Source: an uncultured virus (IMG/VR IMGVR_UViG_3300034152_000554) (lineage: Duplodnaviria; Heunggongvirae; Uroviricota; Caudoviricetes). Taken from it: DNA of 64,000 nucleotides. Position 1 is the first letter of the stretch; each line of letters begins with the position of its first letter. Made by a program: the position numbers and the translations under genes. Positions 56,590 through 64,000 of the stretch are shown in pieces. The stretch lies in the IMG/VR virus record IMGVR_UViG_3300034152_000554; one strand, written 5' to 3'. The notes beneath the pieces are model-generated. The model was given only the letters and a program-made list of their open reading frames with translations, had not been told where the DNA came from and ran no database searches.

Positions 56590-58129
56590 AGTATCCCTGG
56601 AATCGATCGTAGACACTGCTGGTATAGTCAGCAATCGACGGATAGGAATTACCGCCGTAGCTCTGAGGCCGAGTATTATTCCACAGTTCTGGATTGCCAG
56701 AGTACCACTGAGAAGCAGTCCGACGAACGCCAGTAGCCAGATCGCCACCTGCTGCTTCAAGGTTGCGTTCAAGTTGCGAACCAAGCTGGTGGTTAATAAT
56801 CTGCAATTGTAAATCAGGATTGTTTAGAAACTCATCACGGGTTACACCCCGACCAAGAGCCTGAACATCCCAGGCAGCAGATTGATCAGCCCCACCAAAT
56901 GACATATTGCTTGGCATGATTTGGGCAAATCCCAATGCCCCACTGTCAGGGTTAATAGCCTGGTAATTGTTGTTAGATTCCTGACCGATAATCGCTTGGC
57001 GTAATGCGTCCAGTGCTGCACTGCTGCTTGCTCCAGGTTGAGGAGTCGCTGCCGGACTGGGCGCTGATGGAGCAGGACTATTGTTGCGGTTGCGGTATTC
57101 TTCAGCCACGTCAGCAAATCTGCCGGTCGGGCGATTCCCGTAATCATGAGTAACATCGTCAAACCTGCCCGTTGGACGATTTCCGTAATTGCGAGCAACA
57201 TCATTAAACCTGTCAGTTGGACGACTCCCGTAACTACGAACAACATCATCAAACCTGCCGGTTGGGCGATTGCCATAATCACGAGCGACATCATTAAACC
57301 GATAATCAGTGCGACCGGAAATTGTCCCTGAACTAACTGGGCCTGCACTTTTCTTGCGACCAAAGCTAGGCGGTGATGAAGGCGCTTCGGACTCTCGATA
57401 GTTGTCACGGCTAATGATGCTATTCAGTAGCCGACGTGCTGACCATCTCATTTCTCCATCTGGGCCTTCTTCCCAGGCTGTAAATGGAGTGCGCTCATCT
57501 GCACTTTGAAACGGTTCAGAGTATTGACGAGCAACTGGTTGCCAGTCTTTATTATGTTGACGAGCAACTGGTAGCCAGTCCTTATTGGCCGGACTACTGC
57601 CATAGCTTGCTCCAAACTCCTGGGCAACCGATGACCAGTTCTTGCCTGGAGAATCTGCAACAACGGCATCCTGTTGAGTATAGGCAGGAGCAGTTGAAAT
57701 TGGTTCTCGCCGTGGCCCTACTGTTGGGGGTAGTGGTCTTGGCATTGGTTGTACTGATCGCCCTTGTAACTGTCGTTCAGCCGATCGTCCTGGTGTGCTG
57801 GCAGCCCTACTGATGAAGTTTTCAACACCCCTATCAAGCCCCTGATCTGCATTGCGAACTGTTCGCAGATCATCCAATAGTTGCTGGTTCTGGTATACTG
57901 ACTGACCAGTATTAACAAATGGAGCCAGTCCAGGAAACACATCTGCAACGATTCCACTGCCAACACCTCCAACTGCACCTGGGATCATTTGATTTAATTG
58001 CTGTTCAGTCTCTTGATCAAACCAGCCACGCTCACGAGCAGCACTGGTCGCATTGGGGATTAATCCTTGCGCCATCTCAGATGTGCGCCGCCAGTAGTCT
58101 TGAAAGTTGCGAATCAAATCAATAGCCAT
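56579..58129 (-). CDS. Lytic transglycosylase (lysozyme-like) domain protein with 15-aa repeats
   Basis: AIIGQESNNNYQAIN..SGALGFAQIMP...FLNNPDLQ...WYSG...YTSSV. Confidence 0.85.
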   Translation of the reverse strand: MAIDLIRNFQDYWRRTSEMAQGLIPNATSAARERGWFDQETEQQLNQMIPGAVGGVGSGIVADVFPGLAPFVNTGQSVYQNQQLLDDLRTVRNADQGLDRGVENFISRAASTPGRSAERQLQGRSVQPMPRPLPPTVGPRREPISTAPAYTQQDAVVADSPGKNWSSVAQEFGASYGSSPANKDWLPVARQHNKDWQPVARQYSEPFQSADERTPFTAWEEGPDGEMRWSARRLLNSIISRDNYRESEAPSSPPSFGRKKSAGPVSSGTISGRTDYRFNDVARDYGNRPTGRFDDVVRSYGSRPTDRFNDVARNYGNRPTGRFDDVTHDYGNRPTGRFADVAEEYRNRNNSPAPSAPSPAATPQPGASSSAALDALRQAIIGQESNNNYQAINPDSGALGFAQIMPSNMSFGGADQSAAWDVQALGRGVTRDEFLNNPDLQLQIINHQLGSQLERNLEAAGGDLATGVRRTASQWYSGNPELWNNTRPQSYGGNSYPSIADYTSSVYDRFQGYYGR

Positions 58130-58140
58130 AATAGAACCTT

Positions 58141-58833
58141 TTAATTATCCTCTTGTGTTTTCTTTGGTAAAAACTTATGGGCATAAAAGTGATATGCCTC
58201 AGTTTTTTTAATAAAGCTATCATCAGGAATTGGCAGCCGATGTACCAGATGATAAATAGCTTGTAGCTCATTACTCATATTCCGCCCTTCGAGATAACGA
58301 TAAGCAATCAGCTTGGCAATTAAATCGCACAAAACAATTGCCTCTTTCTCGACCATTGAATTTTGATAGCAGTCAAAATCTTTACTGCAAACCAGAGAGA
58401 CATTGTAGTTGCCCTCCTTATCTGGATGATGAGATGCACGCAAGATTGTAACTGTGTGGGTAGCTCGGCTGGCTGGCTTAACAGTCCGACTGGGGATGCG
58501 AATTGTTTTATTATTCCCCAAGCTTCGGTAAGCAACTGACTCTCTGATTGGCACGTACTGTAAATAATCAAGATAGATATGCCAATCGAGTGGGCGCTTC
58601 AGTTTCATCTGCTGTCGTGCTTGGTTGACAGCAGGACTAAACACCCATGTCCTGACAGACCTCAGTGTGTCACGACCTTCGACCAGTTTTAAGACACCTC
58701 GATTAGGAATCGTATATGAGCGCACCGCTTTGTAAGGCGGTTTAACGCTGCCCTTGTTTGACATTAAAAAACGACGAATCCAGTCCAGAATGTCGTTAAT
58801 CAAGCGATTCAACATCATAGTGTCACCCCTCAT
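58141..58833 (-). CDS. Hypothetical basic protein
   Basis: 230-aa ORF, ATGA overlap. Confidence 0.65.
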   Translation of the reverse strand: MRGDTMMLNRLINDILDWIRRFLMSNKGSVKPPYKAVRSYTIPNRGVLKLVEGRDTLRSVRTWVFSPAVNQARQQMKLKRPLDWHIYLDYLQYVPIRESVAYRSLGNNKTIRIPSRTVKPASRATHTVTILRASHHPDKEGNYNVSLVCSKDFDCYQNSMVEKEAIVLCDLIAKLIAYRYLEGRNMSNELQAIYHLVHRLPIPDDSFIKKTEAYHFYAHKFLPKKTQEDN

Positions 58834-59138
58834 TCTTTATCGTCATCAATAGGGCAACTATCACCTGGCTGGTAATTTTCTGAACGCTTAACTGAGATGC
58901 CAGGTAGTTCAATCTCAATATCGTATTTGTCAATCAATTCTCTGAGTCGCCTATCAACTCGCTCACTATTAATTGATCGACCCAGGAATCCCAGGGTTAA
59001 TCCTCCAACGTAATAGACCCACGATTCTTTATTCGGCTCTTCGATTGACAGGCGAATACCATGCGCTGTAACTAAAAGCGCAGCAACCCAAAAGAAGACT
59101 TCAGTTAAGTGGTCTTTAACTACTGATTTGCGGGTCAT
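58830..59138 (-). CDS. Two-TM membrane protein (holin candidate)
   Basis: Two hydrophobic helices, charged tail, upstream of the transglycosylase. Confidence 0.45.
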   Translation of the reverse strand: MTRKSVVKDHLTEVFFWVAALLVTAHGIRLSIEEPNKESWVYYVGGLTLGFLGRSINSERVDRRLRELIDKYDIEIELPGISVKRSENYQPGDSCPIDDDKE

Positions 59139-59207
59139 TTTTTATACCCCAACAGGGATGCCTCTACTTAATTTTAGATTGGGCATTGCTTTTTTGTCTG
59201 ATACACC

Positions 59208-59246
59208 TTGACAAAGGCTTGACAATCCGCTGATAATAGTTATCAT
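59208..59246 (+). promoter_or_regulatory. Overlapping sigma70-type promoters
   Basis: TTGACA 59208 with GATAAT 59232; TTGACA 59219 with TATCAT 59241. Confidence 0.6.
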
Positions 59247-59248
59247 TT

Positions 59249-59333
59249 CAGAGGGTGAGCAGAGGTTGAGCAGAGGTCGAACAGAGGTCGTGATCCTGAT
59301 CAACCGATGTACGACCTCTGTTCAACCGATGTA
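59249..59333. repeat. 11-bp phased repeats (4 direct, 3 inverted)
   Basis: cagaggtYgaR-like units at 59249, 59260, 59271, 59282; inverted units at 59300, 59311, 59322. Confidence 0.85.
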
Positions 59334-59353
59334 GAGAGAACGGATAAGGGGGC

Positions 59354-59674
59354 ATGGCAGACTACTTGATCGACCTTGAACAGACAGCAAATGGTAGTTA
59401 TGCAGCTAAAAATTGCTACATAACAATTCGGGAATTTGCTGAACAGCTACGGACTTCGGAGTCTGCTATCAGGAGATACATCCAATGGTCAGATGACCTG
59501 GACTCATTAGAGTTGCCTGGATATCTCAGCCCTGACGAGCAAGAAGAAATTCTACGTCGTCGTAAATTCTCTCTCAAGACGTGCAAACGGATTGCTCCAA
59601 CAGGCGATACGGTTGCTAGTTTCTATTTCCGACTAAAAGAACAGAATAAATTGAAAGATTTTCTAGGAGGCTGA
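59354..59674 (+). CDS. MerR/Xis-like HTH protein
   Basis: YITIREFAEQLRTSESAIRRYI. Confidence 0.7.
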   Translation: MADYLIDLEQTANGSYAAKNCYITIREFAEQLRTSESAIRRYIQWSDDLDSLELPGYLSPDEQEEILRRRKFSLKTCKRIAPTGDTVASFYFRLKEQNKLKDFLGG

Positions 59675-59675
59675 T

Positions 59676-60116
59676 ATGCCATTGAATGATAAACCGCAAC
59701 AACAAAGTGAAACCCCCAAGGGTAAAAAGCGTAAAGCAAAAACTAACTCGCAAGCCCAAACAACCAGCCCAATCTCTGGTGAGGCATTAGGGGGCACTCA
59801 CCTTCAAGATGGGATGCTGGAAGGAACAAAAGCGTTCCTGCAAGAGGTTGAGGTTGCTAACCAAACGTATGTTTATTTAATGAATTGCCGCCGCGATGGC
59901 ATAGTTCCCAACAATTCGTTTAAGGACATCCTTATGGAGGCGGCATCGATTGATCAGAAATATATTCAGGAACGCCAGGGAAATTTTATGAGTCGGGACA
60001 GCGATGGCAACCTGGTCATCGATGTTCCATCAGTGACCATCAACGAACTGCAAACCTCGATGGACAAGTTGATCCAGGGGCACAGCAGCCAATACCTTCT
60101 AGAGGGAGGAGAGTAG
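59676..60116 (+). CDS. Hypothetical protein
   Basis: AGGAGG RBS. Confidence 0.7.
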   Translation: MPLNDKPQQQSETPKGKKRKAKTNSQAQTTSPISGEALGGTHLQDGMLEGTKAFLQEVEVANQTYVYLMNCRRDGIVPNNSFKDILMEAASIDQKYIQERQGNFMSRDSDGNLVIDVPSVTINELQTSMDKLIQGHSSQYLLEGGE

Positions 60117-60121
60117 AAGAC

Positions 60122-60781
60122 ATGGCGGCAAATAAGTCTCCGATTATCAGATTTTTGTGCCGCCATACCGTATTGGCAGCATTAAGTCTGATTGGGGCCA
60201 GTGGGGTTGGCTTGACTGTCTACTCCATCAAAGGAGTTGAATGGCTCAAGCCATCCCCGATGTATTTATATATGATCGCTGGAGGCACAACTCTTACTGG
60301 CGTGCTGGAATGGCTGTCTTCAGAAGCCAATAGCGAGGAAGCATTACCAATCAATGCCAAGTTCTTGCAGGGCGAAGTTGACCTGGATGATCAGGCTCGA
60401 CGGGCAGCAATCCGTTACATTGCCAGCAACCCCAATGACCCAAAGCTAGGAGAGCAGGTAAGGGCATTCAGCCAGGTACTACAGCACCAGATTAAAGAGG
60501 GCGCAATGTCTCCTGCACAAGAACAGTTTGTCCTGGCAGCACAAGATCGAGCATTGCTTGATAGCGCTAAATCTCAGGAGCCATTTGCTCAAGCTCCCCA
60601 GGAACCGTTTGCTCAACCCCGTGATGCACGACCTCCTAACGTGGTTCAACTGCATGAGCGGACTGAGTTAAGACCTCCGCCTGCTGGAAGTGAAGTAACC
60701 CCAAACTTCTTTGAGGATGAGAGTCCACAAAAGGAAAAGACAAATGATGTGGGCGAACTCTTTGAAGAGCTATGGGGTTGA
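60122..60781 (+). CDS. Membrane protein (2 TM)
   Basis: Two N-terminal hydrophobic helices. Confidence 0.7.
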   Translation: MAANKSPIIRFLCRHTVLAALSLIGASGVGLTVYSIKGVEWLKPSPMYLYMIAGGTTLTGVLEWLSSEANSEEALPINAKFLQGEVDLDDQARRAAIRYIASNPNDPKLGEQVRAFSQVLQHQIKEGAMSPAQEQFVLAAQDRALLDSAKSQEPFAQAPQEPFAQPRDARPPNVVQLHERTELRPPPAGSEVTPNFFEDESPQKEKTNDVGELFEELWG

Positions 60782-60799
60782 TAGCAACCTGGAGTAGCA

Positions 60800-61633
60800 A
60801 TGCGGATTAATATTGACATTACTCCACAAGAAATGGTCGAGGTGGCGAGAGGTTTTCTTTCGCCATCTCTTAATACTGTTTCTCAGTTCCCTGCATTTGG
60901 CAGGGTTGACCCTGAGAAAATACTTGAGATTGATCAACCAGTGTTGGGCAACAGTCAGCAGTTTGATTTCAATACAATACCGACTCCAGCCCCGACTCCG
61001 GCAGTTACAGTTCCTATCAGGAGTGTGTCAGTCCAAGAAATCTTTCCCGATATTGATAGCAGTCCAGCCGATAGTTATAGTTATCCTACTGTTGACTATA
61101 ATGACCAGGCTGAAAACAATCAGTATGAATATGAGTATGATTACGACAATGATGACTATGACTATGATGATGAACCGCACTGGGTCATCAAACAGTTGAC
61201 ACGGCTGGGAATAATTGGAGTGATGGTTATAGGGGCAGGAATATTCCTGACTATAAATAAAGGTTCTGATGCCGATACATCTCAACCAATTCAAGCACGA
61301 CTGAACATTGCTCCTATTCCATTACTGCCAGTAACTCCGTTGATGCTGGGGTTAGCTCAAAGCAATTCGATAATTGCAGAGTCGGAGCTTGACCTTACTC
61401 CCAACCCGACTCAATTGCTGAGTTGTATCAACAACGACTCAAGCTATCGAGCCTGCCTGCAAAGGTATTTCACAGAGAGAGCTACACAGGAAGAGACTCC
61501 CCAGCCTGACAGTGAACAACCTGATGTTGTTCCAGTCCCCAGCGAGGAACCACCACCGGGCCGCAATGATGGGTCAATACCTGAAGCAGTCAATCCACCG
61601 GCCCCGCAAATTCCAATTCCAGTTATTGAATAA
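60800..61633 (+). CDS. Membrane protein (1 TM, acidic and Pro-rich)
   Basis: YD-rich stretch, central TM, Pro-rich tail. Confidence 0.7.
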   Translation: MRINIDITPQEMVEVARGFLSPSLNTVSQFPAFGRVDPEKILEIDQPVLGNSQQFDFNTIPTPAPTPAVTVPIRSVSVQEIFPDIDSSPADSYSYPTVDYNDQAENNQYEYEYDYDNDDYDYDDEPHWVIKQLTRLGIIGVMVIGAGIFLTINKGSDADTSQPIQARLNIAPIPLLPVTPLMLGLAQSNSIIAESELDLTPNPTQLLSCINNDSSYRACLQRYFTERATQEETPQPDSEQPDVVPVPSEEPPPGRNDGSIPEAVNPPAPQIPIPVIE

Positions 61634-61644
61634 GTGAGGTAAGC

Positions 61645-62103
61645 ATGGGCATTAGACCGATCAACCCAGATGATTTTCAGCCGTCATTGTTTGGCGAATC
61701 TGACGGCTATCCAGAACCGCCAAACTATGAGTATCTGCAACAAGACATAGCGGTGTCTGCAACCACTGTTAATGATCCTGATAAAGATAAATCTAGCCGT
61801 GGCAAAAAAGGCCGCCGCAAAAAAACTCAAACTGCAATCAATAATAAACGGAAGCCTAAATTTAATTCTGACTTTATTAAGCAGCGAACGATCACCGAAT
61901 ACTTCTGTGTGTTTGGATCATTGCTTGCAATTATTAGCAAGCTGCCCCCAGAGGTAATTCAGCTTTTGATGAATAGCGTCTACCCTGCTGGAGCGGTTTT
62001 GGCAGTAGTGGTTCTATACCATGACAAGCAAGACCGGGAAGCGTCCCGCTTGACGATCGGGGCATTACTGCCCTGGGTTATTGCTAGAGCATTGTTTTTC
62101 TGA
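61645..62103 (+). CDS. Membrane protein
   Basis: C-terminal hydrophobic helices. Confidence 0.7.
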   Translation: MGIRPINPDDFQPSLFGESDGYPEPPNYEYLQQDIAVSATTVNDPDKDKSSRGKKGRRKKTQTAINNKRKPKFNSDFIKQRTITEYFCVFGSLLAIISKLPPEVIQLLMNSVYPAGAVLAVVVLYHDKQDREASRLTIGALLPWVIARALFF

Positions 62104-62111
62104 GGTGTGAG

Positions 62112-63599
62112 ATGAACCTGGCAAGAAGTAATCAACTATACACTGTCACGCTATCCTCTTCCAAAGCAGAGATAGGTCGGGTTGCAACAGAACTGGTTGA
62201 GCAGGTCATCAATCCAATTGCTAACAACACAGCAGACTTACAGGAAATTGTCTGGCAAGCGTATCGGTACGGGCAGACCAAACGAGTAGACCCAGCAGTT
62301 ATTTACTGGGTTTTAGATCGTTGGGCTATGGCAGTTAACATCGCCGCTGAACAACTTCGAGATGCTTGGCAGTTTATTTTGCATAACAGAGCCAGGACTG
62401 ATCTGGAAGTTTCATCTCTTCAGGTAGCTGGTGGGCCGATGCCAGCATCAGAAAACCCTGGGATCGTGCAGCAAACAACTGATGCCCCTACTGCAACTGG
62501 TTTTAAGATGCCAGAGGTTAGCCAGTCCGATCAGGTTTATAGCCAGATTGCCAAGATGGGCAGCCATTTAGCAATCGTCTGGAACGAGTGTTTGACCCGC
62601 CGCAACTCTGCTAATGGTGAAATTGATTCCTATGTTGCCTATAAAGAGTGCAATGTCGGTAATCGCAATGTTGATCTGGTATTTGATTATGATCACACAA
62701 AAGTTGCTTTGACTAAGGTGCAACAGCAGCTTAGCGCTTTAATTGTAAAGACACGGTATTTCCCAACCCCTGACGATGTTGAGCTATTGATCAGAGGTGG
62801 CGGAATTGTTTTACGAATCCGTAGAAGTAACGCCCAGGATATTTACTTGCAGGACTATCAGCCATTAGGAAAAGGAGATTATACAAAGCCTCCTATGTTC
62901 TGGCTGGGGATTGATGAGTTTCTTCAGCAAGTTGTCACACCGATCGAGAATACAATTATCGGTGGATCAACTGCTGATCGAATTGCGTTCGCTCACACAC
63001 AAATACAATGCTTACTCAGGCAGGCTCGCCCTGGAACCCTCGACATATCGGTTATTGACCTGTCTGGAAACGGTCGTGGGATTGAGTTTGCCAAATACAG
63101 AAAGCAAGGCGTAAAGCATGTGACTGAAATCCCGAAGATTCAGAAGTTCTTTGAAATTGCTTTACCAAAATTTACTGACAAAATTTTTGAAACCCTTTCG
63201 ATGAATGGAGTAACGAGTGTTGGTGAATTGAATCATAACTATTCACTCAACGAATCAAGCAGTTTTGTTCGCTGGCAAATCATCTGGATTCAGGATGTTG
63301 ACCTACTGGCCCGGAAGTATCCAGGTGATTTCCGCTCACAAATAATTGATGCAATCGCCCAGAGCGAAGGGGCTGGCATTTTCTGGATACTGTCATCCGA
63401 CCGGCCTGACCGTAATGTGATTCCGCTGGAGCTAAGACAACGGATTACTGGTCGGGTTTGCTTTCGTTGCAACAGTTCAGGAGATTACCAAATCATCCTT
63501 GGCCCTGCTGATGGACAGCGACCCAAGCTCAGGGGTAACGGTGAAGGCATTGTGCAGATCGATGGACGGGAAGTTTGGTTTCAGATGTTTAGAGTATGA
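62112..63599 (+). CDS. FtsK/SpoIIIE-like domain protein with degenerate Walker motifs
   Basis: AGIFWILSSDRP...RVCFRCNS..D..IILG...L.GNGEG; P-loop reads IIGGSTADRI. Confidence 0.75.
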   Translation: MNLARSNQLYTVTLSSSKAEIGRVATELVEQVINPIANNTADLQEIVWQAYRYGQTKRVDPAVIYWVLDRWAMAVNIAAEQLRDAWQFILHNRARTDLEVSSLQVAGGPMPASENPGIVQQTTDAPTATGFKMPEVSQSDQVYSQIAKMGSHLAIVWNECLTRRNSANGEIDSYVAYKECNVGNRNVDLVFDYDHTKVALTKVQQQLSALIVKTRYFPTPDDVELLIRGGGIVLRIRRSNAQDIYLQDYQPLGKGDYTKPPMFWLGIDEFLQQVVTPIENTIIGGSTADRIAFAHTQIQCLLRQARPGTLDISVIDLSGNGRGIEFAKYRKQGVKHVTEIPKIQKFFEIALPKFTDKIFETLSMNGVTSVGELNHNYSLNESSSFVRWQIIWIQDVDLLARKYPGDFRSQIIDAIAQSEGAGIFWILSSDRPDRNVIPLELRQRITGRVCFRCNSSGDYQIILGPADGQRPKLRGNGEGIVQIDGREVWFQMFRV

Positions 63600-63608
63600 G
63601 GTATAAAA

Positions 63609-63881
63609 ATGGAAAAGGTTTACATTGTTTTCGATAGCTGTGTTATTAACTCTGGCTCTAATGAGCCTCCTTTCACAGAAGACGATGATGTCTTGGGTGT
63701 TTTTTCGACACCTGAAAAAGCTGATCTGTATATCGAGCATTTGTGGGACAATATTCCAGGTCTTCAAAACCAGCAACACAAATTCTTGCGGGAATCCCCC
63801 AAGGTGATTGTTAAAGGATCTTCGGGGGCTATCTATTGGCTTGAGTATGACGTTGACGATCTCTTAAGGGGGATAATTTAA
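63609..63881 (+). CDS. Hypothetical protein
   Basis: KVYIV...VLGVFST.EKA small-phage-protein pattern. Confidence 0.65.
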   Translation: MEKVYIVFDSCVINSGSNEPPFTEDDDVLGVFSTPEKADLYIEHLWDNIPGLQNQQHKFLRESPKVIVKGSSGAIYWLEYDVDDLLRGII

Positions 63882-64000
63882 TGAATGACTATCCTATTGG
63901 CAGTACGTGGAAAATTGTTGGCGACAAAGGGTTTACATTCAAGATCATTGAACACGGCCATTTGTCTTTGAAAACTGATTGCCAACTTGGATGGATCGGC

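Noticed and set aside
1..64000. tRNA/rRNA genes, tape-measure or sheath genes, DNA polymerase/primase
   Set aside because: None recognised by eye; replication genes probably lie outside the window. A tRNAscan-SE run would be needed to exclude tRNAs.

Overview
The window is part of a temperate cyanophage genome, apparently in the non-integrated state. HIP1 octamers, a XisA/XisC-type integrase and a cyanobacterial-type ThyX point to a cyanobacterial host, and the capsid, portal and adaptor proteins resemble those of S-EIV1-like phages (recognised from memory, not searched). Layout: (1) 0.2-7.6 kb, + strand small genes including thyX and an excisionase-like HTH; (2) a tyrosine integrase with an attP-like region; (3) 9.0-36.8 kb, - strand morphogenesis block with tail fibres, adaptor, major capsid, scaffold overlapping the portal, TerL/TerS and Q/R-rich ejection proteins including an M23 peptidase, with no tape-measure or sheath gene; (4) 37-49 kb, early/accessory region; (5) 49-64 kb, a 1462-aa protein, a SLOG-NADAR fusion, a lytic transglycosylase and an HTH/membrane/pseudo-FtsK module. 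The most unusual feature is at 37.1-39.7 kb: a GC- and HIP1-rich array of one-gene cassettes, each opened by the same palindrome (ttcccgaagggc-tacYtaat-gcccttcgggaa, one copy with the 8-bp core inverted), a conserved leader and an RBS. The array includes paralogous ORF pairs and one ORF-less structured unit. Nearby is an AcrIII-1 (DUF1874) ring-nuclease homologue. All calls come from reading motifs by eye; no database searches were run.
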